64,000 bases of DNA, taken from Eledone cirrhosa. Lineage: Eukaryota. Below the pieces are notes generated by a model. That model worked only from the letters and a program-made list of their open reading frames with translations, was not told the origin of the DNA and searched no databases. The stretch spans positions 252,836,001 through 252,900,000 of the forward strand of contig OZ024740.1 of the NCBI GenBank assembly GCA_964016885.1. The letters run 5' to 3'. Of this stretch, positions 26,544-40,438 are shown in pieces (position 1 is the first letter of the stretch; the number at the start of each line of letters is the position of its first letter). A program made the position numbers and the translations under genes.

Positions 26544-27555
26544 CTAAAATATAAAATATTTAGTGTTATACAATATTTCAAAATAGGAGTGTTATAGAGA
26601 AAACGTTTTGATATTATTTAACAGCATTTTTTAAGGCACATGGCTTAGTGGTTAGAGAATTTGATTCTCAATTATGAGGTTGCAAGTTCAATTCCCAGAT
26701 TGGGCAATATATTATGTCTTTGAGTAAGACACTTTATTTCATGTTGCTCTTTCTGCTAAGGGTTGCAATTGGTAGATAGTATCAGCAATAGAATGACCAA
26801 TGGAAAACATTGTTTCCTTGGTCTGATTTGACGAGTAGGGTCTGGGATCTTGTTGATTGATTTTATTCAAGAATGAAAACAGAATTGGGAAGGGGACAAA
26901 CTTTACATCCTTGGTTATATGGCCTACCTCGGCTGTGTGGTGCAAACAAGATGGTGAAAGTGCTGGGGTAGGGGCTTGTTAGAATTGCTGATTAGCATTT
27001 CCATCTACTTAATTTCATTTCAGGCTATAGTAAATGACATTTGTCTAAGATACCACAGAAGTTGGATTGAGCCCAATATATCAATCTTCAACCTTCTGCA
27101 ATTGGTCTGTTTCACTGTTTATGATTGGTTAAACAATCCAAACACAAAATTTGTAATTAAAAAAATCATACAGATTTGTACATTTTGCAGAATAATGTGC
27201 AACTTTTAGTGATGGATACAATTAATTTTGTGATATATATAATATTCTAAGAACTATCATATGTATTCCTGGTTGGGAAGGGCATCCAGTCATAGAAAAC
27301 TTGGCAAACAATTGGTAGAGAAGACACTTCAGTTGTGCCACAGGCATAACCTCCTTAGTGTTGGTGCCACAATAAGATGCACAGTGCACTCTACAGCAAG
27401 GAAAATGGATGTTTAAATAATTGTTTCTACTTTAGGCACAAGGCCAGCAATTACCCAGTGCATTACTGGTACTTTATTTTATCTGTTTCAGTAAAGATGA
27501 AAGGCAAAGCTTACTTCAGCGGTATTTGAACTCAAATCATAAGGGGCTGTAACTC

Positions 27556-30500
27556 TAATAATAACAATAATGATTTCTTTATTATTGGCTACAAGGCTGA
27601 ACATAGAGGACAATACAAAGATCGGGACAGTGGGAATTTACACGCAACCGAGTAAAAAAATTAATAAAACAAATAAACAAAAAAAATAACAGAATTCCTC
27701 AAAGAGGGGGGGGGGGGGATACCACCCAAGGGTGATGTTAGGAACCCCACGAATCCTAACCCACCTTCATCTCCAAGAGCACCCTCTTCCATCTTTCCAA
27801 CCTACAGACATGCTCAGAGTGGGCCATCGTGCAATAATCGGGGGGGGGGGGGGGCAGCATTTCTCTCTCCACCGTTATCTTGCTTTCCAAGTGGAACTTG
27901 AAAAAGTTGACGAGGGCTTGACTGAAGAGAAAAATGTCTGTCTTCAGACCTTTCAGCCGCGTCCACCACAACCTCTTTCGCTACAGCTATCAGACTGAGG
28001 AAAACTACCTGCTCTTCCTGGTCAAAAGGAGGCAGCGGGGGCGATCTTCACTATGGACTCGGTCGATAAACGGATTTGTTCCACATACGACAACAGTTGT
28101 TCGACATAACTCCATAAGCCAGCAATATAGGGGCACTGGACGATACATGCAAAACGGTTTCATGCTCTACACGCATCTCGGATAGCTCTGTCTGACAGCA
28201 CTACTGTGCCTATAGAGTTTATCTCGAACTGGCAGGGCTCCCCAGGGATTTCTGGAAATTGTCCATAGTTCCCGACTTGAAAGTCCTCCGGGACAGACTG
28301 GCTAGTTCGATCTCGTCGACGCCTAGAATCTCTCTGAGAGCATGATCACACTTGCCCACCACTAACCCTCTATAGAAATCTAGTGTGGAAGTTCCACTGA
28401 CTGCATTGCCCGTCTAGTAGATGCCAGTGAGTGCCTGGCAACATTCCAGGTGCCAGGAGTCCAGTCTCGGTCTCTTCTTAACCCAGGACTGCAGCTCAGT
28501 CAAAGAAACAAGCTGCAGAAAGGCCCATCTGACAAACAGCAACCATACCTGTTCACCATTTAGGCAGAATATCTGGAGATGCTGCAACCTCAGCACATGT
28601 TTGCGTATGCCTAGCCCTCCGTGTAGAGGGTGCTGGCAGCAGATTTGACCGCCTCACAAACAGAACCTGTCCCTTCCACAAGAAGTTGAAGAGGAGCCGC
28701 TCAAATCTGGTGAGGCATAAACAGGGGTAAGGCATGATGGTCAGGTGGGAGTAGATGACAGACGCAATGTAAGTGTTCGCCACCTCCGCCCAACCTTTCA
28801 GAGAAAGTTCCCTCTTGGCCCATTACTGGGTGAGAGTGGCTACCCAGATTTTCACCTCGTCCAAATTCTTATCCTCCTTGGTCTGGTCCAAACCAAACCA
28901 TGAGCAACTTTACTGGTCAATCTGTCCAGCGCCCTACGATGTTGTTGGACGGCATGGACTTGCCACTCTGGCTGCCAAGCTGCAAGCCTACTGACTTTTC
29001 TGGGTTTAGTTTCACTCCCGTCAAGTTTTCATTTTCCTCCAAGAGGGTGCCAACAACCTTGATTTTCGAGGTCTTTGATACCATCACAGTGATGTCATCC
29101 GCATATGCCGACACAGCCCTTCAGCATCCCTGTAAAGGCTCGAGAGTCAATACGTACAGAAGGGAGGAGAGAGGGCACCCTTGATGGACCAATCCGAAGA
29201 TCTAAACTGGTTCCGAAAGGTGGCCATTAACTTTGACCACCAAGCAGATGTGCATTGCAGCGATCCAGCCTCTGAAGATGGGACCAAAGCCAGCCACCTT
29301 GAGCACAGCCTCCAAGTATCGATGGTTGACCCTATCAAAAGCTTTTGATTGATCTAAATTGATCAGAGCCCCACTGAAACCAGGTTTACACCCTACCCTC
29401 TCTGAAATTATCTAAAGTATGCCTCTTGTTCTCGTCTTTCCTCATCAGCATCAACACGCCCTGGCTCACAGAACTGGGAATAGTCCCATTCTGATACCAG
29501 TTGTACTAGAGTGCTATAAGGAGATCGGAGAACAAAGCTCATAGGGCAGACCATCCCAAACTGGTGACTTACACCTCATGCAGCTGACTAGGGCATCGCA
29601 AATTTCACCCAAAGTTATCGACCTTCCACAGTGCCTAGCATTGGCTGTCAAGAGACATGGCAGGCCGTCGCGTTAGGGACTGAAGTCCGCTACAGTCTCT
29701 GACCCGCCACTCCTCCCGAACACCTGAGCAAAGTGCTGGCGAAACGTCTCATACATCTGGAATCGTTCAGCTCGCGTCCGTCTCAGACAATCAAGAACTG
29801 TAGTGTGGTTTTGTTACCACGCTCCACCTCCGTCACGCAGGCCCATCTAACAGTTTTTGTTCCCTCGTTTCTTAGAGCATGTGCCTTAACTGACAATGCA
29901 GCCTTCATGTTTGCGGATCATAAACTTATGATCTGAATAGGTGACTGTATGAAATTGTGGACACCCTATACTATCCTCTAACCTAATTAGAAGCCTATCT
30001 AAGTACGATCTAGATGTTCCTAAGTGGTTTGTCCAGGTCCACACTGGTGTATTAGGGAAATCTAGTCGGTACCTGTCAGACAGTTGAAACTGGCCGATCA
30101 GGTTTTTGAGGCTTTTGCACCCCTCACTTCTATCGGCTACTCCCACACAGTCTCAGCACATGTCCAAGGTACAGTTCCAGTCCCCCACTAAGACTAAAGT
30201 GCGAGGTGTTCCTAGAAAGGCTTACAGATGCCTAAAGAAATCTGGCCATCCTGCCCTAGTCGGGGCGTAGACAGCCACCAGTCTAAAAGCATTACCTTCA
30301 CTATTGTTCACATCTCGGAAACCTGCTTACGGTCGGTCCAGGAAGATCATCCATACCTCGAACCCAGGCCTTTCCTAAACTGTCACCCCACCTCCCATTC
30401 CAGGCCAACTAAGAGATGCGTAGATCTCAAAGTCGTCAAGAACAGAGGCTAGTGCGTGCCTGTCGGAAATCCTGGTCTCGCTGATGACTGTCATATCCAC

Positions 30501-32500
30501 AGCTAGTGACCTGAGGTTGTTGAGGAAGCAGCCTTGCTTCCAAGTCGACCCCAAGCCACGAACATTTATGCATCCCACTCTTAACATCCCTATGTTGGTC
30601 AGAAAGAGCAGAAAAGGAAGGTTACTTACCCTCCGGGTGCTGTTGGAGGTTGGCTGTTTCAACCTCCATTTCTGGTTGGTGGGGTTCCCACATCATTGGG
30701 GAAGCTTTCCCTAATTATTCTGTAGTTTTCAAATGGCACCCGCACCAGCAAAAGTGTTTGTGGCACTTTGAAGGTGCAGGTGCTGAATGCCTCCCCCTCT
30801 TCTATTTCCTTCATTCGTGTTATGAGGTCCATTCATTTTTCATTTGATTTCCTCACTAACACAAAGTTAGGTGTTGTTGTGGTTGTGAGTTGCTGCTGTG
30901 TTTTCGTTTAGTTCTTGTTAGTGGTTGTGTTGTTGGTGGAGATGGTGTTTGTGTTGATGGTCGTGTTGTTGTGGAGGCGGATGTGGTAGTATGTGTGTCT
31001 GTGTTTAGTGCGAGTGCGTCTTCTCTGTTTGCTGTTGTTTGAGTCAGTGTGTGAGATTTCTTCACTCAGGGATGTGTTTGAGTCGGGTGTGAATGGGAGT
31101 GTGTGGGTTTCAATGTGTGCGTGTGTTCAAGAGGGGGCGAGCGGGAGAGCTTCTTTTGGGGGGCCCCCTGGGTTGTCTTGTTGGTCCTTGCAGTTGTCGT
31201 TTTTGTTGTTGGTGGTTCTGTGGCTGTTACTGCTGGCGCTGTTGGTTTTGCTGGTGCTGCTGCTGCAGATTTTGGTGTTGTTGGTGCTGTTGTTCTGTGG
31301 TGCAGGTACTAGCTGTGTTCTGTAAATGGCAGAAAGCTAGTAAATATGTAGTTTGGCCACACAGGTGACAGCGGGATCATTTCCCTTCTACAAAGATCTT
31401 TATTTCCTTTCCTCCTGGAAGAGTGATCAGATCCGGGATCTTGTCCATTGTGTCTGGTTTTATCTGGAGTAGCAACTCCAGACAGGTTTCAGACCATGAT
31501 TTCTTCTGCACTTTTTTCACTTCCAGGAGGGAGTCCTCTTCCTCCAATGCAATGCTAGATGTTCATTCTTGGCAGGATCCCAGCTGTTTGCATGGTCACT
31601 GTTCTTATTCCCATGTGGGAAGGGAACAGTATATGGTCCTTGGATTGCACTGGATGGACTGAGTTCTTTCTGGCAAGGGCCTTGCTTAGGAAAAGCACCG
31701 CAATGTAACCATACCTCCTGTCCTTTTCCTCTTGTTCAATGTCTGGCATCATGTCCTTCAAAGCTGCCTGCATGTCAGATCGAGGGGCTAGTTCTGTTTT
31801 TCTGGATTTGAGCGAAGATGAGGGGGAACCCCATAAACGTAAAAAACAAACAGAAAACACAAGAAAAAAGTCTCACACAGTGACACAAACAAAAGCAATT
31901 TATATGTAATGGTGCATCTTTCGATGTCTGCCAACAAATCCGGGGGCACATTTATGTACTTTTATGAAAGTCGATGAGCTTCATAGCCCCTGCTAATTTA
32001 GTTTTTTTTTTCAGATATGTCCATTTTATGATATACTGTATTTTTTGCCGCTGTCATGGTAAAAGATTCTTTTTTGTCGTTGTTATTGTTGATGCCATTG
32101 GTGGTAACATTGCTGCTGCTGTTGATTTCACTGTTGCTACGACGGTTTTCATTGGCATTGCCACTGCTGTTTCTGTTGCTGCTTTTGATGCCGGTGACAC
32201 TGCTGCTGCTCCTGGCATTGGTGACACTGGTTTCAGATGTGATGCTCTCGCTTCTTATTGGAAGAAAGCTCCCACATGACTCTTCATTCTCAAAATTTTG
32301 ACAAGACGAAGGTGCTAATGTCGCCATTTTGCCTACAATAAGTGATGTTGTTTACAAAAATAGTTGAAATATTTGGGGCCCAAGCCCCAAATATTCCAAG
32401 ATTTCTTTTGCACAAGGCAAAGATGGTTGCCATATGGCCTCTTTTTAGCAAAAATATTATAAAATACACAATATAAATTCACAAACTTAACGGTGCTTTA
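27556..32500 (-). mobile_element. Degenerate L1/Tx1-clade LINE (ORF1 remnants, APE, RT)
   Basis: GCINVRGL…ISETRI (30375-30662); WTWTN…SYLDR…YSDHK (29886-30146); SAYADDITV (28917-29114). (TTA)n tail near 27556. The 5' limit is approximate. Confidence 0.82.
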
Positions 32501-32536
32501 AACTGCATGTGTTCTCAGACCAAACATCAAAGATAA

Positions 32537-34640
32537 TCATCATCATCATCACGTTTTACGTCCATTCTTCCATGCTAGCATGGGTTAGATGGGTTGTCCT
32601 GTTGTGAGCAGTGCCTGGTCGGTTGACCTTGTCTTGCTCATACAGGAACTGATTTTGGCTCGATTTCTACAGCTGGATGCCCTTCCTAACACCAACCTCA
32701 TTTACGTAGGAAATCGGGTCTTCTGTATTACTGCGTGATGCCATAGGTCACAGTCATATGTCATCACCTTTGAGGGGTGCTATTGGGTAAGGTCGGCTTT
32801 TATCATCTCATCCCAGGTCTTATTGGCCTCCCCACTCCACGGCTTCCATCGACTTCTAGTGATCTGCACCTTTTTATGCAGCCGTCATCCTTCGTACGCA
32901 TCACATGTCCATACTAACGTAACCTCCTCTCCTGCACACAGCATTTGATTCCACTTATGCTCAGTCTCTCTCTCAATTAGTTTATGCTTTGCCGTTCACG
33001 TATATTACTATTACACATCCATCGGAGCATGCAAGCTTTGTTTCTTGCTGATCTACGCAAGTCTTCTACACACAACGCCCAGGTCTCACTTCCATGTAAC
33101 ATTGCTGTTCGTATACATGCATCATACAGTCTGCTTTTCATTTTGCGGGAAAAGCTTTTTGCAGCTAGCAGTGGCAATAGCTCACTGAACTTCTTCCATC
33201 CCGTTCTTACCCTGGCTACTGTACTTTCTGAACACCCACCTCCATTGCTAATTCGGTCTCCTAGGTAGCAAAAGCTGTCTACTGTTTCTACAGAGCCCTC
33301 CCAGAGTTTGGTGGTGCTTGTTTCCTGCGGCCGATTGTTGCTTGTTGTCTCGGTTCAGCTGCTGCATGTAAAGCCTATATTCTGAGCTAAGCTTCCTGAG
33401 ATCCCACTACATCTCGTGTGCACCCATTGTTTGCATTTGGGGCAGAGAATGGAATTCCTACCTACACCTTTCCTACATACTGAGCAAGGCCATTTCCCTG
33501 AGGGGATCAGGGTTCTGGCCTCTGTTTTCTCATCTACTTACGAGGACCTTAGTCTTTGTCAGGTTGATTTTGAGACCCTTTCTTTCTAGTCCCTGCTTCC
33601 ACCATAGATTCAGCTAGGCGACAAGATCATCCACATGCAGGAGTTCCCATGGGCATCCGGTCTTAAACTCCTCTGTTCTATCCTACAATACGATAATGAA
33701 CAGGAGAAGGCTAATAACGGAGCCTTGGTGGACAGCAACCTGTAGGCTGAATTCTTCGTTGTAGTCATTTTTAACCCTAACTTTGCTGACTTCTACTCCA
33801 TACACAAGCCATTCATCTCCTTCTAGTTTTCTAAGAGCCCACCAGATTATAGCACAGGACCATCTGTCGAAGGCTTTTTCTAGATAGACAAATGCCAGGT
33901 AGAGCGGCTTACTTTTAGCTAGGTACTTTTCCTGTAACTGTCTCACAAGGAAGAGAGCATCAGTGGTGGCTTTTCCTGGCACAAACCTAAATTGCATCTC
34001 ACCTAGTTTTACCTGGTCGCTAATTAACTGTACTACAACTCTTTCTGTTACTTTCATAACTTGGTCCATCAGCTTTATACTTCTATCTAGTGCAACACCT
34101 TTACCCTTGTAACAGTTGACAATGATGCTGCTGCACCAATCCTTTGGTATGGCACCCTCTAGTATTACCTGGTTAACAATACGTGTGGTTATGGTGTGAC
34201 CTACCGACCCAGATGCTTTCAGCATCTCGGCAGCTATACCCGATGGACCAGTTGCCTTCCCAGTCTTCATATCTTTAATTGCCTTATTTACTACACTGCT
34301 GCTGACTTGTAATGCTGGCCCTTCTATAGGGTCCTCATTCAGTAATCTTTCATAGTGGCTCTTCCATGCATCTTTCTTCTCAGCAATTGTGATGGCAAGC
34401 TCACCTTTATCATCACGAACACACTTCTCTTCACATCACAATTTTCTCTAACACACTGCCTCACAATCCTGAACACCTCCGTTGCAAAACATGCTTGAAT
34501 TTTCTATTTTCCGCTTCCCTTCCAGCTAAGTATACTTGTCGCCTAGCTTTCCTCCTGGTCTCTATATAATGTACCCTACTTCCCCCATTCTTCCATTCTT
34601 TCCATATCTATCTCTTAGACTTAATTGCTTCATCTATCTT
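32537..34640 (-). mobile_element. 5'-truncated degenerate RTE LINE (PHD family)
   Basis: ORFs 33683-34270 and 32977-33177 are homologous to the intact RT. RTE 3' UTR and (CAT)n at 32537. Confidence 0.9.
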
Positions 34641-34676
34641 ATATAATAATAATAATGATAATAATGATAATAATAA

Positions 34677-34862
34677 TTGTTTCTACTTTTGGCATAAGGC
34701 CAGCAATTACCCAGTACATTACTGGTACTTTATTTTATCGACCCCGTAAGGATGAAAGGCAAAGTTAACCTCGGCGGGATTTGAACTCAGACCATAAAGG
34801 GCCGTAACTATGCTAGAAAGCATGGCATCCGACCCTCTACCAATACTGCCAATTCACTGCCC
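34677..34862 (-). mobile_element. SINE, same family as 17318-17502
   Basis: Close reverse complement of 17318-17502. Older copies at ~25060-25270, 27420-27555 and 44370-44520. Confidence 0.85.
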
Positions 34863-34889
34863 TATATGATAATAATGATAATGATAATA

Positions 34890-37300
34890 ATACGATATGA
34901 GACCAGAGTTAGTCAGTATAGACAGAACCACATGGTTGACAACAACCAGAAGTTGTTATTTGAACAGCTTGAAAAGAAAGAAAGAGATAACGATGCGATC
35001 CCTGAAGCTGAACAGGCTAAGGCCTTTTGGAGTGGAATATGGGAGCAGGATGTTGAACATAATAGTCAGGCAGTATGAATTGAGACAATTATAAAGGAGA
35101 TTAGTGAACAAGCACACCATCAACCTGATTTGAGTATCACAGATGAAACTCTTAAAAAGCAATAAACTAACCAACTGGAAATCCCCAGACCCAGATGGTG
35201 TGCAAGGATACTGGACAGAATATATAACATCCCTCCACCCGAAACTGACAGCCATGTTCAATGACTGCTTGGTGTTGGGTGAAGTACCAGAGTGGTTGAC
35301 AAAAGGTACCACAGTTCTGGTAATGAAAGACCAAATCAAGGGTAATGAGATTACCAACTATAGGCCTATCACATGTCTGTTCGTAATGTGGAAACTGCTA
35401 ACAAGCATTATGTCTGAGGAAATCTACTATCACCTCCACATAAACAACTTGTTACTGGACGAACAGAAAGGATGCCGAAAGAAGTCCCGTGGTACTAAAG
35501 ACCAGTTACTTTTTGACAAGATGATATTAAGGAATAGCAAGAGGAGGTATACTGTTCTTGCCATGGGATGGATATCCAAGAATGGTTCCTCATTCTTGGA
35601 TAACCAAAGGCCTAGAGATTTTCAAGGTGGCAGACAACATCAGACAGCTATTAAGAAATCATATGAAGTCCTGGGAGACAGAGGTAACATCAGATGGAGA
35701 GTCCTTGGGAGGAGTGAAGATCAAGAGAGGTATCTTCCAAGGAGATAGTTTGTTCCCTTTGATGTTTGTCCTTACTCTCATACCCTTGTCCCTCATAATG
35801 TGAAAAGTGAAAGCAGGATACAAGCTGGGAAGAGGAGAGCTTACCATCAACCACCTCCTCTTCATGGAGAGAGCTTACCATTAACCACTTCCTCTTTGGG
35901 AAAAGCAAGGAGTTGGATGTACTTGTTAACACTGTCCACATCAGCAATATGTATGGAATTTGGTGTTAATAAATGTGGAGTCCTAGTGATGAAGAGGAGT
36001 AAATTGAACAGAAGCAATAGAATCCAGGTACCAACAGGTGAGATGATAAAGGAAATCGGGACTGAAGAAGGATACAGATATTTGGATGTTCTGGAGCCAG
36101 ATGACATCAAGAACAAGAAAATGAAGGAATTGATAAGATTTGAATAAATAAGGAGAGTAAGGAACATACTAAAATCACATCTAAATAGTAGGAATGTCAT
36201 AAGTGCAGTAAATTCCCGAACTGTGTCTATTATTAGGTACAGTGCGAGAATTCTCAAATGGAATGTTACTGAACAAAAAGAAATGGATAGAAGGACTAGG
36301 AAGCTAATGACTACCTACAGTACGTTCCATTAGAGGAGTGATGTTGATAGACTCTACTTTAAGAGATCTGAAGGTGGAAGAGGTCTTATCAGCATAGAGG
36401 AGTGTGTTCAGATGGAGAAGAGCGGTCTGCACAAATATGTGTCTGAGAGTAGGGAGTCAATGCTCAAAGTTGTACTAAAGGAGAAGACAAGGAGGAAGTA
36501 ATAACAAAGTACCTTTTTTAAGGAAAACGGAATTTAGAGATCCACAGCCATGGAACTGATTAAAAAGAGACCATAAAAAATGCTACTGGCTGCACAAGAG
36601 CAGAACAAAGTGGATGAACCATCATATTGACAAGGAGGTGGCTAGCCCACTCTGTAGGATCTGTGGAGAGAGAAAGGAAACTGTGGATCACATTGTATCC
36701 AAGTGTAAACACCTAGCCCAGACTCACTATAATGGTTGGAGGCACGATATAATAGGAGAAGTGATTCACTCGCATTTATGCAAACTAAATAATTTACCAT
36801 TCTGAGAAGTGGTATGAGCATAAGCCAGAGTCGGTGATAGAAAACGATCAAATGAAGATGCTATGGGATTTCAGGATACAAATGGACAAAAAACTAGAAC
36901 ACAATAGGCCTGACCTGGTGGTTTTGGACAAGGAAAAAAGATCATGCCTGATTGTAGATGTAGCCTACCCCTTTGACGCAAGTGTGCAAGGATAGGAGAA
37001 GGAGAAAATTAACCGATACCAGGATTTAAAGTGGGAATTAAAAAGAATTTGGGACTGTCATGAGATCAAGGTTGTTCCGATTGTCATAGGAACATTAGGT
37101 ACTATCTCAAAGAGTTTCCAAGGATGGTTAAAGAACATTAGACCAGCCCCCTTTTTGGAACACTTCAAAAGGCATGCTTGCTGGGAACAGTAAGAATCCT
37201 CCGATACATCCTGAATATGTGAGGCTGTAAGTACCGGCTTGATGTTCATTTGAACAAACTTTCCAATTAAATAACATCAATGACTCAGACTCCAAGAAAA
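34890..37300 (+). mobile_element. Dong/R4-clade non-LTR retrotransposon, 5'-truncated and degenerate
   Basis: NWKSP.PDGVQGYW, NYRPITCL, EQKGCRKKSRGTKDQLL, GIFQGDSL. CCHC finger CRICGERKETVDHIVSKC…RHD. RLE motif WDF.IQ.D…HNRPDLVV. Flanked by (TAA)-rich repeats. Confidence 0.9.
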
Positions 37301-37359
37301 ATAATAATAATAATGACGATGATGATGATGATGATATTGATAATAATAATTAATTATAC

Positions 37360-37513
37360 CTTTATATCCTGCGAGACAGGAACAGTTGTAATCATTAAAA
37401 AGGTTTGTACACTGAGCCCTATTTTGGCACCAACCCAGTGAACATTCATCAAAGTCTTTTTCACAGCGGAAACCTGTCCAGCCAGGTGTACAGTCACAGG
37501 TGTAGTTTTGGAT
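37360..37513 (-). CDS. EGF-repeat gene exon E
   Basis: tctcag|ATC CAA AAC...AAA G|gtataa. Encodes IQNYTCDCTPGWTGFRCEKDFDECSLGWCQNRAQC...CLAGYK. Phase 0-1, 154 nt. Confidence 0.92.
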
Positions 37514-38131
37514 CTGAGAGAAATACAGGTAGTATAATATATTAAAACATTCTGAAACAGGTAAGCACATGTGTGCTTATGTGTCAGGTCTGTCGCTAAT
37601 GAGGGGCACACTGGATGACACCCCACCACCACCATTTTAGATTTATAGTGATATTCTTATTCCAAAATATGAATCTGCCTTAGAATTATGTGTATTATAG
37701 TTTCCAACAGAATGTTCTGAAGTCACCCAACACACAACCACCCCACCCTAGTACCAAAGCCTGGAGACAGGTCTGATGTGAGTGTCCTTATAAGTGTCTA
37801 CATATATGTATGTGTTTGTGCGTGTGCCTCTGTAGGTGTCTACCTACATATGTGTGTACTCGCATATGTATAATGTGTGTTTGACTACATGCAGGCATGT
37901 ATGTGTGTGAATGTTATAGTGTTCAATGATGAGGATGATGATTTCTACTGTGACACAAGAATAGCACTTTTGGGGGCAATATTGGTGGTAGCAGTGCTGA
38001 TGATGGCGGCAAAGATGGTTGCAGTAGTGGTAGTAGCAATGATGTAAGCAGTGGTGGTGGTGGTGGCAGCGATAATTGTGGTGGTGGTAATGGCAATGGT
38101 GGTGGTGATGATGAAAAAAAACAGTCCTTAC

Positions 38132-38258
38132 ATGATCATGACAAGTTGCTCCATTCTGACAGGTATTGTTCAGACAGTCATCAATATTTGTGCTACAGTT
38201 TTTACCTTGAAAACCACCAGCACAGTCACATGTGTAACTATTAACACCATCTTTACAC
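38132..38258 (-). CDS. EGF-repeat gene exon D
   Basis: tacag|G TGT AAA GAT...GAT CAT|gtaag. Encodes CKDGVNSYTCDCAGGFQGKNCSTNIDDCLNNTCQNGATCHDH. Phase 2-0, 127 nt. Not in the ORF track; read manually. Confidence 0.92.
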
Positions 38259-38798
38259 CTGTATAACAGTAAAAATGAGAAATATGTTTACAGACTTTCC
38301 TCTCTCGCTCTATCAATCTACCTATCCATATCTAAACATGGCAAGCATATCAAAACAAACAAACAAACAAAAAAATGACACCTTTACCCCTGTCTGATAA
38401 CAACACATCAAAGGAATCTTATGCAATCATGGCTGTCTTCGAAATGCACATAAGATTATATAATGAACAGAGGATGTATATATATAGAATTGTCTCTCTT
38501 CTTTATATCTCCCTCACACACATGCATAGACATATATGTGCACACATACTCTTTTATTCTTATCTTTTACTGTTTCAATCATTACATTGTGGCAATGTTG
38601 GAGCACTCCAAGGTATTTAACCAATGATATCCACCCCAATACTAACTTTTTCAAAGTTGTATTTATTTCATCAATCTCTATTTATTGAACTACTAAGTTA
38701 ACATGACATAAGCAAAGAGTAACTTAAACACATAAATACATACATACACACATATGTACATGTATATAAACACATATATATATATATATACACAAGTA

Positions 38799-40049
38799 CA
38801 AGGAGGGATCAAAAAGTTTGCAGAATTTTTCAGAAAATAATCTATTTTTCAAAAAATATGATTTACCTTCAATTTATTTTTCTACATAGTTGCCATCCAG
38901 GTCAATACACTTCACAAGGCGATGCTTCCAGCTTCGTAAGCCGTCTCTAAAGAAAGTTGAAGGCCTTGTTCGAAGCCATGTGTTGGCAGTGTTTTTAGCT
39001 TCTTCAACACCACTAAAACGGGTTCCTTTTAGCATTTCTTTGAATTTTGGAAAGAGGAAAAAGTCTAATGGGGCTAAATCTGGACTATAAGGCGGGTGAG
39101 GAAGCACTTCCCATCGAAATTCTCGAAGAACTTCTTTTGCAACCTGCGCAGAATGCGCTGGTGCATTGTCATGGTGAAACAAGATCCCACCATGAAGTTT
39201 CCCTTTTCGTTTCTTGACTAATGCCTCTTTCAGCTTCCTTAAAACATTTGCATAGTAAGCTCCTGTCACAGTTCTTTGAACTTCAAGATAATCTATTAGT
39301 ATCACCCCATCTGAATCCCAGAAAATGGTGGCCATCACTTTTTGATCCAACTTTTGAGATTTGAACTTGATTGGCCCCGATGATCCACGTGGAAGCCACT
39401 GTTTTGACTGCTGTTTGGATTCAGCATCATACTGGTAGATTCAGGTTTCATCTCCAGTGATGATTCTGGTCAGGAAATGCTCTTCATCAACTTCAATTTT
39501 GTTTAATATCACCAAAGACAGATCACTTCGAAGAATCAGCTGATCAGGGCGAAACGCTTTTGGGACCCATCGCGCTGAAAGCTTGCTTAGTCCCAAATTA
39601 TCGTGTCTAGGGACTTAGCTAACTGATTAACTGTTATTCTTCGATCTTCTTCAATTAAAGTCTGAGCAGCCTCACCGTTTTGGGCATTTTTTGATGTTCC
39701 TGGTCTTCCACTGCGATGGTCGTCTTCAAGGTCGTCTCTCACGTGTTTGAATCGCTGAATCCACTTGTAGACAGCAGTTTTCTTTGGAGCAGTAGTACTG
39801 TAAACTTTAACTAAAGCCTCCATAATCTGTGTGTCCCTTTCCATTTGAGTTTCACCAGAAACTTGATATTCGATCTTATCTCAAAATAACTATTTTCCAT
39901 TGTTCCAAGAGGTTTTTTAAAGAGTTCACGCATAACTGACTGCAAGTGACTAATAGCAAGGTAAACACCTAGTGACATGTTTAATATTGTTTTAACCTGA
40001 TTTTTTTCTTGCTACGATAAAATTCCACGAACTTTTTGATCCCCCCTTG
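38799..40049 (-). mobile_element. mariner DD34D transposon, disrupted
   Basis: TIRs caaggagggatcaaaaagtt/aactttttgatccccccttg with TA on both sides. Motifs WVPK, ITGDET, HHDNAPAH…HPPYSPDLAPLD (34 residues between the two D). Confidence 0.93.
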
Positions 40050-40260
40050 TATATACACACACATACATACATACCTCCAGAAACTAAATTTCACAAGAGA
40101 GATAACACAAGATGAAGCAATTGAACACAGACGAAATGGGTGCCAAGCATGTGACATAATGCTGTTTTGTAAGGCAGTACCAATTCCAGTTTCATGTGCT
40201 TTGGTGTCAAACAAAGTTAAAGAATAAGAATAATAGCAAAAGAAAATATAAGTTGCTCAC

Positions 40261-40438
40261 GTGGCATTATTCTGACAAGGAGCTAAGGTACAATCATCAA
40301 TGTTATTGTCACAAAGGTCACCATCAAAACCAGAAATACAGTCACATAGAAACCAGTTCTCCAAATTAATGCAGGTTGCATTATTCTTGCATGGATTCTT
40401 GAGGCATTCATCGATATCTTGGCAATTATCTATTAGAC
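40261..40438 (-). CDS. EGF-repeat gene exon C
   Basis: ttttag|GT CTA ATA...GCC AC|gtgag. Encodes LIDNCQDIDECLKNPCKNNATC...NIDDCTLAPCQNNAT. Phase 1-2, 178 nt. Confidence 0.93.
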
